Positions 39,173 to 49,329 of a DNA stretch of 64,000 nt are shown piece after piece. The notes beneath the pieces were generated by a model, which did not search any database, had not been told where the DNA came from, and worked only from the letters and a program-made list of their open reading frames with translations. The translations under genes and the position numbers were made by a program. Position 1 is the stretch's first letter. Each line of letters starts with the position of its first letter. The DNA is from an uncultured Alphaproteobacteria bacterium (lineage in GTDB: Bacteria > Pseudomonadota > Alphaproteobacteria > HIMB59): positions 2,208 to 66,207 of the forward strand of contig CACKOX010000002.1 of NCBI GenBank assembly GCA_902601865.1, given 5' to 3'.

Positions 39173-40152
39173 ACTTTTTGGTCTTGTTTATGCCTGTATA
39201 GGTTCCAGGCTAAAATTGGAGTGACCCCAATTAAAATACAAAAGGCAAGTACACTTCCTCTTCCAGAGTCGCCTCCACCTCTAAACATCCAATCGTACAT
39301 GAGATTTGCTAATACCTCAGTCTGCCATTGACCGTTTGTCATGGCGTAGATGATATCGAAAACTTTTAACACTAAGATTGTGATAATGGTCCAAATTACC
39401 AAGATAGTTTGCTCTAAAAAAGGAACAATGATTGACCAAAATATTTTAAGTTCACTTGCGCCATCAATTCGTGCGGCATCCAACGTTTCATTGGGGATAC
39501 TTCTGAGAGCAGCACTAAAAATTACAAGAGCAAGACCCGTTTGTATCCATATCATAATTGCCATTAAAAAGAGATTATTCCAAATGGGTATTGTTAACCA
39601 AGCTTGCGGCTCGAAACCCAGTGAAACTGCAATGGCATTTAAAAGTCCAATTTGTTGATCGCCAGGACCTCTGTAATCATACATAAATTTCCAAATTACA
39701 CCTGCCCCAACAAATGAAATTGCCATCGGCATAAATATAATTGATTTAGCAATAGATCCCCACCAGACCCTGTCTGCTAAATTTGCAATCACTAAACCAA
39801 AAAATGTACTCATAGTCGGTACTACTATTAACCATCCTAAGTTATTAATGATACTTCGTTTGAAATCAGGATCTTTGATTGCCCAAGAGTAGTTGTATAA
39901 CCCTACAAAGTTCTCACCTATCTTGTCGTAAAAGCTCAGTCTAATAGTTTCAAAAACGGGATATAATATAAAGACAAATAGCACTATAAAAGCAGGTGCG
40001 ATGAAAATTATAACTCTAATTGAATTTTCTAAGGCAAACTTTTTTGAAGCTCTTACCCTAAAATAATCCAATAAAAAGTTTGAAAAGTGAAAAAATGCTA
40101 CAAAAAAAAGAACACCAATAAGAACAGTTATTGCAAGGGAAAATATACTCAT
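39169..40152 (-). CDS. aglF: Alpha-glucoside-type ABC permease (AglF-like)
   Basis: FMPMAISFVGA.VIWKF, QIGLLNA, WIQTG, LKVFDI. Confidence 0.75.
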   Translation of the reverse strand: MSIFSLAITVLIGVLFFVAFFHFSNFLLDYFRVRASKKFALENSIRVIIFIAPAFIVLFVFILYPVFETIRLSFYDKIGENFVGLYNYSWAIKDPDFKRSIINNLGWLIVVPTMSTFFGLVIANLADRVWWGSIAKSIIFMPMAISFVGAGVIWKFMYDYRGPGDQQIGLLNAIAVSLGFEPQAWLTIPIWNNLFLMAIMIWIQTGLALVIFSAALRSIPNETLDAARIDGASELKIFWSIIVPFLEQTILVIWTIITILVLKVFDIIYAMTNGQWQTEVLANLMYDWMFRGGGDSGRGSVLAFCILIGVTPILAWNLYRHKQDQKV

Positions 40153-40168
40153 AGGATATGTAGAGAAA

Positions 40169-40197
40169 CTAAGGGCAAATATACTATTCGCCCTTAG
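40169..40197 (-). terminator. Stem-loop after the SBP gene
   Basis: Minus strand CTAAGGGCGAATA-gta-TATTTGCCCTTAG followed by TTTCTCT. Confidence 0.65.
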
Positions 40198-40216
40198 ATA
40201 AGAAAATTACTTTTTT

Positions 40217-41527
40217 TTATTGACCAGCTTCCCAGCTAGCTTGTATTTCGTCTGCGACTTCCTTAGCTGACTTACCATTGGTATAATCAACCATTCCTGT
40301 CCAGAAAGATCCTGCTCCAACCCAACCAGGCATTAAGTCTGATCCATCAAATCTAAAGGTTGTTGCATTCATTAAAATCTCATGCAGGCCTTTAAAGGTT
40401 TCACTGGAGTATTTGTCAATATCCACATACTTATGAGGTGTTAAAAAACCACCTTTTTCCATGAATCTCTCATTAGCTTCAGTATGAAGCAAGAATTTCA
40501 TGAACTCAGTGGTTATTTTTCTGTCATTGGTAGGAGCCATTAAGGTTCCAGCACCTAAAACAGGTTTACCTAAGTCTTGAGACTCAAAAGGTGGGAAGTA
40601 AAAGAAATCATAGTCAACACCAGCTTCTGATCCCTCTGGAAAGAAGGCAGGAATAAAGCTAGCTTGTCTATGCATCATACACTCCGCAGGAGAAGTAAAG
40701 AGCCCATTAGGAGAGTCTCTAAAGTCTGTTGTCGCAACAGCTTTAGTTCCACCATTAACATAAGAATCGTTAAGTGCTATTGAACCAAAGAAATCCATTG
40801 CATCGATCACTCTTTGATCATTGAACTTCATCTCATTCGATACCCACTGATCATAAGTGTTTGGTGAATGAGTTCTTAACATAATGTCTTCCATCCAATC
40901 AGTAGCTGGCCAACCGGTTGCTCCACCAGAACCTAATCCAATACAGAAAGGTGTATTTCCATCACTAACCATTTGATCTGCTAATGCTAATAATCCTTCC
41001 ATACTTGTTGGGATTTCATATCCGTTATCTTCAAAGTTATCTGGTGAGTACCACACTAAACTTTTTACATTCACTCTGTAAAAAACACCATAGAACTTGT
41101 CAAAGCCATTCTGATCTTTATATGTTGTAAGGTCTACCCAAGATTGACCTGCAGCATAGTTATCAAGAACCATTTGTTTGACATCATCACCTAATGGGGA
41201 TAAACAACCAGTCGCTGCAATATTCGCTGCTAATCCTGGTTGAGGGAATACAGCGATATCCGCTGGACTTCCTGCTTGACAGTCAATATTAATAATTGAT
41301 TCAAACTCATCAGATCCCCCGTACTCGACGGACGCACCAGTTGCTGCTTCAAAAATTGATATGACATCCCTGAAATCATCATCTTGTGGTGCCAACCATG
41401 GACCAAAGATTGTTAATTTTTCTCCCGACAGGTCAGGGCCTGTATAAGCGTGAGAACCAGCATTTGCATAGCTTACTCCAAATAGAGAAAGTGCAATTAT
41501 TGCTGTAAGCGTTTTTAATATTTTCAT
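40217..41527 (-). CDS. aglE: Alpha-glucoside-type ABC substrate-binding protein (AglE/GgtB-like)
   Basis: FPQPG, KSLVWY, GSGGATGWPATDW, HRQASF, RFDGSDLMP; start moved to ATG 41527 (GGAGGAGG RBS, signal peptide MKILKTL). Confidence 0.8.
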   Translation of the reverse strand: MKILKTLTAIIALSLFGVSYANAGSHAYTGPDLSGEKLTIFGPWLAPQDDDFRDVISIFEAATGASVEYGGSDEFESIINIDCQAGSPADIAVFPQPGLAANIAATGCLSPLGDDVKQMVLDNYAAGQSWVDLTTYKDQNGFDKFYGVFYRVNVKSLVWYSPDNFEDNGYEIPTSMEGLLALADQMVSDGNTPFCIGLGSGGATGWPATDWMEDIMLRTHSPNTYDQWVSNEMKFNDQRVIDAMDFFGSIALNDSYVNGGTKAVATTDFRDSPNGLFTSPAECMMHRQASFIPAFFPEGSEAGVDYDFFYFPPFESQDLGKPVLGAGTLMAPTNDRKITTEFMKFLLHTEANERFMEKGGFLTPHKYVDIDKYSSETFKGLHEILMNATTFRFDGSDLMPGWVGAGSFWTGMVDYTNGKSAKEVADEIQASWEAGQ

Positions 41528-41721
41528 AGAAATCCTCCTCCTAGAAAATTTGACATTAAAATGTAACAAACTGAATATGATTTCAAATAGCAAAAAGCCG
41601 TTTTACTATGCATATATGGAATATATAAAAAGCTAATTAAATCAATGTTTTTTAATTAAAAAAGGGCAAAAATCTAATATTATTTAATTTACCTATAAAA
41701 TAATTGTATACCTAATTAATC

Positions 41722-42165
41722 ATGAATCACGCGATATCCACATTTCATTGGCACTGTAAACATACTTGGAAAAAAAGTGCAAAAAATACATCTTGGTGCT
41801 TGATCGGGTGCTCTATAGGTGATTTTGGAACTATTTTATATTTTCAAATCACTCAAATCCCTTGGCCAGTGATGAGTATTATGATACTCGCGATAATTAA
41901 TGGATTAATTACAAGTATAGTTCTTGAGACGATTGTTTTAATTCGACAGAACTTCAAATTTAATCAAGCATTAAAAACAGCTTTAGGTATGAGTTTCATT
42001 TCAATGATTTCTATGGAAATAGCTATGAATGTCACTGACGTTATTTTAACTGGAGGGGCAATGCTTACATGGTGGGTAGTTCCAATTATGCTTTTTGTAG
42101 GATTTATTACCCCTTGGCCTTATAATTACTGGAGATTAAAAAAGTATAATATTGCGTGTCATTGA
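41722..42165 (+). CDS. DUF4396-like membrane protein
   Basis: WCLIGCSIGD, MSFISMISME, PYNYW. Confidence 0.7.
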   Translation: MNHAISTFHWHCKHTWKKSAKNTSWCLIGCSIGDFGTILYFQITQIPWPVMSIMILAIINGLITSIVLETIVLIRQNFKFNQALKTALGMSFISMISMEIAMNVTDVILTGGAMLTWWVVPIMLFVGFITPWPYNYWRLKKYNIACH

Positions 42166-42620
42166 AAATTTTCATCTTATGTTCACTATCTTCTTTATTT
42201 CTATTTTCAAATAATCTTTTTGCCTCTCATGTCACCGTCATTGATGGAGATACAATTAGATTAGGTGATGTGAAAATACGCTTCAGTGGAATAGATGCCC
42301 CTGAAATAAACCAAACATGTGTTGCAAGTGAGGGGAAAGTTGCATGTGGAAAAATATCAAGAGATCTTTTAATTGAAAAAGTTACAAATAATAAAATCAG
42401 TTGCACAGATGAAGGAAAAGATTTTTATGGAAGAGTGTTAGGTGAGTGCTTTGTTAATGGAGAGTCTTTGAGTGCCTACTTAGTCAGGGAGGGTTTTGCA
42501 TTTGCGTATAGAAAATATTCAAACAAATATATCGAAGATGAAGAGTACGCCAAATTTAATAAGCTTGGGATGTGGTCCATGGAATTTCAATATCCCTGGG
42601 ACTATCGAAGCAATAATTAA
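42156..42620 (+). CDS. Thermonuclease (SNase) family secreted nuclease
   Basis: VIDGDTI, IRFSGIDAPE, DFYGR, GMW. Confidence 0.92.
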   Translation: MSLKIFILCSLSSLFLFSNNLFASHVTVIDGDTIRLGDVKIRFSGIDAPEINQTCVASEGKVACGKISRDLLIEKVTNNKISCTDEGKDFYGRVLGECFVNGESLSAYLVREGFAFAYRKYSNKYIEDEEYAKFNKLGMWSMEFQYPWDYRSNN

Positions 42621-43843
42621 TGAGTAATGTTAAAAATATCGCTGTTATTGGGGCGGGTATTGTTGGGCTGAGCACATCTTATTATTTAAAGTCCTCAGGT
42701 CATAACGTTACAATTTTTGATCAAAACGATCCAGGCTCAGGAACCTCGAGGGGGCATGCAAACGTCATTGCAGATTATGGAGTTCCGGCACTAAACCAAC
42801 CAGATATTTGGAGAAATTTATTGCGCTATATTTTTTATAGTGACTCACCTCTACAAATAAATTGGTCTTATTTGCCTAAAATGCTTCCTTGGATTGTTAA
42901 ATTTCTTAAAAACTGTAATTCAAAATCAATGAACTATACAGCAGAGCAAATGACAAGCCTTTTAAAAGATGCCTTGCCATCTTATGAAACCTTATTGACT
43001 GAGATTGGTGCCACAGACTTAGTCACTCATAAAGGAGTTTTATATGTTTGGATGAATGAGAAAGAAAAGCCAACTCCTGATCAAATAGAAGTTAGAAAAA
43101 AAAACAACGTTGAACAAGTAAGTCTCTCTCCAGCCGAGATCTTGGATCTCGAGCCCAATTTAAGTAAAAGTATTAAAGGGGGCTGGTATTTCCCTCGTGC
43201 CCACCACACTTTAAATCCAGATAAAATATTAAATAAGTTATTTTTGAAGTTTCTTGAAAAAGGTGGGCAATTTTTAAAGGAGAAGGTTTTTTCGGTAACT
43301 CCCAGTCACAGAAAATTTAAGATCAACAATCGAGATTTTGATTGTTTGGTTGTTTGCAGTGGTGCCTTTTCAAATGATTTAGTCAATCAACTAGAAAATA
43401 AAAGGATACCTCTTGAAACAGAAAGGGGGTACCACTTAGAATTTCTTGGAATGCAAGATTATTTAACTCGTCCAACTTGTTTGGTAGAATCTGGCATGTA
43501 CTTGACCCCCCTTGAATATGGAATTAGAGCTGCGGGAACAGTAGAATTGGCAGGAACAAAGAAAAAGATCAATGAATCCAGGCTAAAATATATTAATCAT
43601 TACGCTAAACAACTCATTCCAAAACTTCAAGATTATCAAAATTCATGGTTGGGTTATAGGCCAACTCTTCCAGACTGTTTGCCAATTATTAGCAAGTCCC
43701 CAAAACTTGAAAATCTTTTCTACGGCTTTGGACACAATCACCTTGGTTGGACTTTAGGCCCTATTACTGGAAAAGTAATCTCTGGGCTAGTAAACGGTGA
43801 GACACCAAACAATCCAGCTTTTTCAATTGATAAGTTTTTATAG
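42620..43843 (+). CDS. D-amino acid dehydrogenase family FAD oxidoreductase
   Basis: VIGAGIVG, TSRGHA, ERGYH, WLGYRPTLPD, FGHNHLGWT. Confidence 0.88.
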   Translation: MSNVKNIAVIGAGIVGLSTSYYLKSSGHNVTIFDQNDPGSGTSRGHANVIADYGVPALNQPDIWRNLLRYIFYSDSPLQINWSYLPKMLPWIVKFLKNCNSKSMNYTAEQMTSLLKDALPSYETLLTEIGATDLVTHKGVLYVWMNEKEKPTPDQIEVRKKNNVEQVSLSPAEILDLEPNLSKSIKGGWYFPRAHHTLNPDKILNKLFLKFLEKGGQFLKEKVFSVTPSHRKFKINNRDFDCLVVCSGAFSNDLVNQLENKRIPLETERGYHLEFLGMQDYLTRPTCLVESGMYLTPLEYGIRAAGTVELAGTKKKINESRLKYINHYAKQLIPKLQDYQNSWLGYRPTLPDCLPIISKSPKLENLFYGFGHNHLGWTLGPITGKVISGLVNGETPNNPAFSIDKFL

Positions 43844-44412
43844 TGTATCTAAAACTCTTCATTTTCATATTTACTATTTTAATTTCCCCAAAATTGTTTT
43901 CTAATTCCTTGGATCAAGATTACTGTGTTGGCTACCTAGAAGAAGTTTACTGGTCGTTAGACCCGATTGAAGAGATTGAGACAAGAGATCAAATTATACT
44001 CTTCTTCAATGAAAATTTTGAAGGAGCAAAAGGTTTAAACTATGATTTATATTATGACTCCCCATCAAAACAGTTTTTAACTGACTTAAATGGTGTTGAT
44101 ATTAGTCAATACAAAAAAGTTAATTATCCTAATTTTGAAATTCTAGTGTTGGATGCATACATCAATCTATTTAAAGGAGATGGAACTAACTTCTGTCCTG
44201 CTTTTTGGAATGATTGCTCCGAGGAGTCTTTAAGCTCTTTTTTTCAAGCATCTGAAGATTTTAGCCAATCTTGGAATGGCGAAGAAAATGTAATGGAATT
44301 TCTCGAAGATCACTTCGTTAATCATTATTGCACCATGTATCTTGATACTTCTATTGATCAGAAAACTTTCACCAGCGACCTCAATATTTTAATTAACCAA
44401 TTAACTAAATAA
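43843..44412 (+). CDS. Secreted acidic hypothetical protein (4 Cys)
   Basis: Signal-peptide-like start; GTG overlaps the previous stop. Confidence 0.6.
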   Translation: MYLKLFIFIFTILISPKLFSNSLDQDYCVGYLEEVYWSLDPIEEIETRDQIILFFNENFEGAKGLNYDLYYDSPSKQFLTDLNGVDISQYKKVNYPNFEILVLDAYINLFKGDGTNFCPAFWNDCSEESLSSFFQASEDFSQSWNGEENVMEFLEDHFVNHYCTMYLDTSIDQKTFTSDLNILINQLTK

Positions 44413-44442
44413 ATTACTAACAACTTTTTTGACTATTTTCAT

Positions 44443-44709
44443 ATGATCCATCAAACAATCTTTTATTTTATGATACCTATAGATATGGGCTGGTGGAATG
44501 GTAAAGAAGAATTAACCAAGAACACTGAACTTACATATAATTATAATAAGTGTTCAGAATGTGGAGACTATAAGGAGGTTTCCAAGAAATATATCAATAA
44601 AATCAACGACGAATTGATAACAATTTGCTACGACTGTGGTAAAAAAAGGTACATTGAGGGATTAATGGTTGTTTCATCAATAGATGGAATGGGCGATTTT
44701 GAAGCTTAA
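44443..44709 (+). CDS. Small Zn-finger-like hypothetical protein
   Basis: CSEC...CYDC; true start may be the later Met (MGWWNG). Confidence 0.55.
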   Translation: MIHQTIFYFMIPIDMGWWNGKEELTKNTELTYNYNKCSECGDYKEVSKKYINKINDELITICYDCGKKRYIEGLMVVSSIDGMGDFEA

Positions 44710-44769
44710 TTTAATCGTAAAAGATCTTAACTATATAGACGTTTTTGCTATTATCCCTCTCTTATTATA

Positions 44770-47109
44770 ATGAGTAAATTTAATAAAATTGTAGTTATTG
44801 GAGCTGGAACGATGGGTTCCGGTATAGCTGCCCATCTTGCTAACTCTAATCGACAAGTAGTTTTGCTGGATCTAAAAGGCAAAGATAAGCCTAACCAAAT
44901 ATCTGAAAATGCCATTGATATTATCAAAAAGTCAGATCCACCCCTTCTAGTGGAGCGCTCTCGACTTGAACATATTAAACCTGGTAACCTCGATGATGAT
45001 TTTGAAGAAATTAAAGATGCAGACTGGGTTATTGAGGCAGTTGTTGAGAGGATAGACATTAAGCATAAGCTTTACTCTCAAATAGATAAAGTTCGTAGTC
45101 CCAACTCCATCATTTCATCTAACACCTCTACCATTCCTCTTTCAATCTTAACTCAAGAAATGTCAGACTCCATGAAAGCTGATTTTTGTATTACCCACTT
45201 TTTCAATCCCGTTCGATTTATGAGACTACTTGAAATCGTTGAAACACCAACGATGAATAAAGAAAAGATGAGTGACCTTCGTGACTTTTGTCAAAACGAA
45301 TTGGGTAAAGGAATTGTTAATTGTAACGACACCCCAGGCTTTATTGGTAATCGTATTGGCGTGTACGCGATGCAGGTCGCGATGTATGAAGCTTTGGAGC
45401 GAGGTCTTCCTGTAGAAATCGCCGATGCATTATTTGGCCGGCCTTTAGGAATTCCTAAAACAGGTGTGTTTGGATTGTACGATCTCATTGGAATTGATTT
45501 GATGAAAGATGTGCTCGCAAGCTTTAAAAAAGAATTACAAGAAAATGATCCGTTCATGGATGTAGTCTCACCTCATCCTTTAGTCGAGAAATTATTAGAA
45601 AAAGGGTTTAATGGAAATAAGGGTCCTGGTGGTTTTTATCAAACCACAATCGTTGATGATGATGAAATCGTCAAGGCGATGAACACCTTAGATATGAGTT
45701 ATTATGATTTCGATAAAGTCGATTTAGAAATTGCTCGAAGAGTTGAGAAAGACGGGATTAAAGCTCTTCTTGATGATGATAGTGAATATGGCCGATATGC
45801 CTTTGCTGTACTCGCCAAAATCATTAATTATGGGGCTTTTTGTATCCCTGAGGTTTCAAAAAAAATCACTGACGTAGACGATGCTTTGCGTATGGGCTTT
45901 AATTGGAACGAGGGACCTTTTGAATTGCTATATGAATATGGACTCATTAATTTTGTTCAACGTCTACAAGATGAAAAACAAGAAGTCCCCGAACTTTTAA
46001 AAACCATGATTAGATTAAAACAAGAGCCTTATGACTCCACTTCCTCACGAGCTTATGATCATGAGTCAGGCATGAGGTTTATATCTCGAGGAGAAGGTGT
46101 TCGCCGATTAGGTGATCATAAAAAGTACGCTAATCCATTATCTCGAAATTTTGCTGCCACAATATGGCAATTTAATGATGAACCTCGAGAGCAAAAGATA
46201 CTGTGCTGTGAATTTCACACCAAGGCTAATGCTCTTAATGCAGATGCAATGAAAATTTTAAAGGAGTCAGTTGATCGTCTTGAACAAGATAATTATCAAG
46301 GCCTTGTTGTCTATAATGAGGCAATGAATTTTTCAGCAGGTGCAGATTTAAATACCATGATTGGCTTAGCGGATGTGAAAGATTGGAAAGGGATTGATAA
46401 ATACTTATCTGATTTTCAATCTACATGTAAGAAAATGAAATATGCATCCAAGCCCACAGTCAGTGCTGTTGCAGGACTTGCTATCGGAGGAGGTTTTGAA
46501 GTGGCATGCCAAACTTCTAAGATGATTGCTCACATGAACAGTACGTTAGGTTTAGTGGAGACAGGTGTAGGTCTGGTTCCTGGGGGAGGAGGCTGTAAAG
46601 AACTGTTATGGAGATGGGTGCAAGACGACAAATATACAAGCGATCACGATCAAGCAGCCCTTCAAGTATTTGATATTATTGGGTATGGGCTAATGGCGCA
46701 CTCTCCGCTCCAAGCCAAAAAGCACAAATTTTTTTTAGACAGTGATATTTTTGTTTTGAACCGAGATAATCTGTTAGTCGAAGCGTTCAAACAAGTATCT
46801 GTTTTAAAAGAGGGTTATTCAGCTCCAGAAAACCCGAAGTTCGTTCTTAGCGGCCCTGAAGTAAAAGAGAAAATGCACCGAGTTTTGTTAGGTTTGGAGC
46901 AAAAAAACATTATTTTTGGCTATGATGTGGATATTGGTCTTCATTTAGCGGACGTCCTTAGTGGTGGAGATACAACCAAATCAAATGAATTGACTGAAGC
47001 AGACTTATATAATTTAGAGCGACAGTCTTTGATAAATTTAATACAATCCAATAAGACGAGGGATAGGATCCATGCAATGTTGTCTACAGGGAGAAGACTG
47101 AAAAACTAA
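44770..47109 (+). CDS. 3-hydroxyacyl-CoA dehydrogenase / enoyl-CoA hydratase fusion (FadN/FadJ-like)
   Basis: GAGTMGSG, EAVVE, SNTST, HFFNP, PGFIGNR; C-terminal crotonase domain FSAGAD, GGGFE, GLVETGVG. Confidence 0.92.
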   Translation: MSKFNKIVVIGAGTMGSGIAAHLANSNRQVVLLDLKGKDKPNQISENAIDIIKKSDPPLLVERSRLEHIKPGNLDDDFEEIKDADWVIEAVVERIDIKHKLYSQIDKVRSPNSIISSNTSTIPLSILTQEMSDSMKADFCITHFFNPVRFMRLLEIVETPTMNKEKMSDLRDFCQNELGKGIVNCNDTPGFIGNRIGVYAMQVAMYEALERGLPVEIADALFGRPLGIPKTGVFGLYDLIGIDLMKDVLASFKKELQENDPFMDVVSPHPLVEKLLEKGFNGNKGPGGFYQTTIVDDDEIVKAMNTLDMSYYDFDKVDLEIARRVEKDGIKALLDDDSEYGRYAFAVLAKIINYGAFCIPEVSKKITDVDDALRMGFNWNEGPFELLYEYGLINFVQRLQDEKQEVPELLKTMIRLKQEPYDSTSSRAYDHESGMRFISRGEGVRRLGDHKKYANPLSRNFAATIWQFNDEPREQKILCCEFHTKANALNADAMKILKESVDRLEQDNYQGLVVYNEAMNFSAGADLNTMIGLADVKDWKGIDKYLSDFQSTCKKMKYASKPTVSAVAGLAIGGGFEVACQTSKMIAHMNSTLGLVETGVGLVPGGGGCKELLWRWVQDDKYTSDHDQAALQVFDIIGYGLMAHSPLQAKKHKFFLDSDIFVLNRDNLLVEAFKQVSVLKEGYSAPENPKFVLSGPEVKEKMHRVLLGLEQKNIIFGYDVDIGLHLADVLSGGDTTKSNELTEADLYNLERQSLINLIQSNKTRDRIHAMLSTGRRLKN

Positions 47110-48734
47110 TGAGTAATTTTGAACAAGGAATGCATAAAAATGATGCAAACTTTGTTCCTTTAACTCCCATCAGTTTCCTTGATCGTATCAAAGACGTCTA
47201 TCCCGACTACGAAGCTTTAGTATACAAAGAGAGAAAATATTCTTGGAGACAGGTTTATGATCGATGTACTCGATTTGCGAGTGCTTTAACAAAAGTAGGA
47301 ATTGGTAAGGGTGATGTTGTCTCTATTATGGCAGCCAATACACCTGAAATGTTCGAAGCACACTATTCTGTCCCTATGACGGGCGGTGTTGTGAATACAA
47401 TTAATACTCGTCTCGACACCAGAACTGTAGCCTACATCTTAGATCATAGTGACTGTAAAGTTTTTATTGTGGACCGACAATTTCACAATGTAGTTGTTGA
47501 GGCCCTAGCACAAGTTGACCGAGAGATCATAGTTATTGACATTGATGACAAGCAAGCGGGTCTTGGAGATATCCCCGCAATAGGAAAATTAGAATATGAG
47601 AGTTTCTTAGAAACGGGTGATGAAGGATTTGAGTGGATTAGACCAGATGATGAGTGGCAAGCAATTTCACTGAGCTACACTTCGGGTACAACAGGAAATC
47701 CTAAAGGTGTCGTTTATCATCATCGAGGATCTTATTTAATGTCGATGGGAAGTATTAGCGCTTGGAACATGCCTAACCGCCTGACGTACTTATATACCGT
47801 TCCTATGTTTCACTGTAACGGCTGGGGATATCCTTGGACTTTGGCTATGCTGCACGCCCGTGTGATCTTTATTAGAAATATTGTTGTTAAAGAAATTTTT
47901 GAATTAATCGATGAATATGATGTAACGCATTTTGGAGGAGCTCCGATTGTTTTAAATATGATCGCCAACGCTCCAGCTGAAGATCAAAAAGCATTGAAAA
48001 ATAAGGTTTATGTTATGACTGCGGGAGCTCCGCCGCCCAGTTCAATTCTTCAAAAAATGGAGTCCTTGGGCTTTGAGGTTATGCATGTTTACGGACTCAC
48101 AGAAACTTATGGCCACGTTGTTCACTGTGCTTGGAATAAGGACTGGAATAATTTAGCTGAAGATAAACGATCTGAGTTAAAAGCTTATCAAGGAGTCCGC
48201 TATCCACACACCGAAATGGTATCAGTTATGAATCCCGATACGCTCGAACCCGTTCCCTCTGATGGAGAAACTATGGGTGAGATTATGATCCGAGGAAACA
48301 CTGTGATGATGGGATATTATAAAAATGAAAAGGCTTCACAAGAGTCTATGATAAGCGGATGGTTTCACTCCGGAGACTTGGCAGTAATGCACCCCAGTGG
48401 ATATATTCAAGTTAAAGATCGATCAAAGGATATCATTATTAGTGGGGGTGAGAATATCTCCTCGGTAGAAATCGAAAATATTATTACAAGGCATCCTGCT
48501 GTATCACTAGCAGCGGTTGTCGCGAGACCTGATGAAAAGTGGGGGGAGACACCATGTGCCTTTATAGAATTAGCCGACGGCCAAATAGTTGAGGAAGATG
48601 AGCTAAAGAAATTTTGCCGAGAGCATCTAGCAGGATTTAAAATGCCTAAAACTTTTGTATTCCAAGTCTTGCCAAAAACGTCAACGGGTAAAATTCAAAA
48701 GTACGAACTAAGAGAAACAGTTAAAAAACTTTAA
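47109..48734 (+). CDS. Acyl-CoA synthetase (DmdB-like 3-methylmercaptopropionyl-CoA ligase family)
   Basis: ANFVPLTP, YTSGTTGNPKG, PMFHCNGW, YGLTET, GWFHSGD, PKTSTGK. Confidence 0.85.
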   Translation: MSNFEQGMHKNDANFVPLTPISFLDRIKDVYPDYEALVYKERKYSWRQVYDRCTRFASALTKVGIGKGDVVSIMAANTPEMFEAHYSVPMTGGVVNTINTRLDTRTVAYILDHSDCKVFIVDRQFHNVVVEALAQVDREIIVIDIDDKQAGLGDIPAIGKLEYESFLETGDEGFEWIRPDDEWQAISLSYTSGTTGNPKGVVYHHRGSYLMSMGSISAWNMPNRLTYLYTVPMFHCNGWGYPWTLAMLHARVIFIRNIVVKEIFELIDEYDVTHFGGAPIVLNMIANAPAEDQKALKNKVYVMTAGAPPPSSILQKMESLGFEVMHVYGLTETYGHVVHCAWNKDWNNLAEDKRSELKAYQGVRYPHTEMVSVMNPDTLEPVPSDGETMGEIMIRGNTVMMGYYKNEKASQESMISGWFHSGDLAVMHPSGYIQVKDRSKDIIISGGENISSVEIENIITRHPAVSLAAVVARPDEKWGETPCAFIELADGQIVEEDELKKFCREHLAGFKMPKTFVFQVLPKTSTGKIQKYELRETVKKL

Positions 48735-48931
48735 TTAACTTTTTTATTTTTATCTTCAGTGTTAATAACTTTGATAGCTTTTAGCTTTTTGTAGCACATA
48801 TAGCAGACAAGATTGTGATGACTTTTAATTAGGTTTTGTACCTTCTTTGGGGCTGTTCGAATTTCAGACTCAATGTAGACGCTATCCATGACGGATAATT
48901 CTCCCTCGCAGTATTTACACTTTTCCGCCAT
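48731..48931 (-). CDS. Small Zn-finger-like hypothetical protein
   Basis: CKYC...CYMC, 66 aa; tightly packed after the photolyase genes. Confidence 0.55.
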   Translation of the reverse strand: MAEKCKYCEGELSVMDSVYIESEIRTAPKKVQNLIKSHHNLVCYMCYKKLKAIKVINTEDKNKKVN

Positions 48932-48933
48932 CT

Positions 48934-49329
48934 CTAGTATTTTAAATTTTTCTTAATTTTGTTCCAATACTGAAAAAATCTTTTTGCAGGGTGAAGATAG
49001 TTATCCTGTATCAAGAAGTAATCGGGCAATTGCTCAACGTCATACGCATCGCCGAGCTTTTGAAATAACTCTTGGTACACAGGCCTAAAAGTAGCTTTAG
49101 TTGTGATTTTTGATATAGGATTTTGATTATGAATTTCTTGCAATATCTCATATGTGTTTCCCTGATATACCTCAGCTCCTGCCTCTTTGGCCAAAAAGTA
49201 TCTATTTTCAATGATTTTTTCACTGAGCTCGTAGCCTTCACTTAAGGCATTGTCAAAGATGTATACTGGGTTACCCTCAATACCTAGAGGCACTCTCATG
49301 AACTCATCATATAAATAGATCAGGTTCAT
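48934..49329 (-). CDS. Probable antenna (alpha/beta) half of a split photolyase
   Basis: Short beta/alpha pattern (LIYLYDE, VYIFD) ending KRFFQYW; ATGA overlap with the FAD-domain gene. Confidence 0.55.
   Translation of the reverse strand: MNLIYLYDEFMRVPLGIEGNPVYIFDNALSEGYELSEKIIENRYFLAKEAGAEVYQGNTYEILQEIHNQNPISKITTKATFRPVYQELFQKLGDAYDVEQLPDYFLIQDNYLHPAKRFFQYWNKIKKNLKY

Noticed and set aside
41528-41593. N-terminal extension of the AglE-like SBP in the ORF track
   Set aside because: A strong RBS and signal peptide support ATG 41527
42156-42620. Nuclease as part of a defence or toxin system
   Set aside because: Signal peptide and no adjacent immunity, methylase or ATPase genes; an ordinary SNase-family protein
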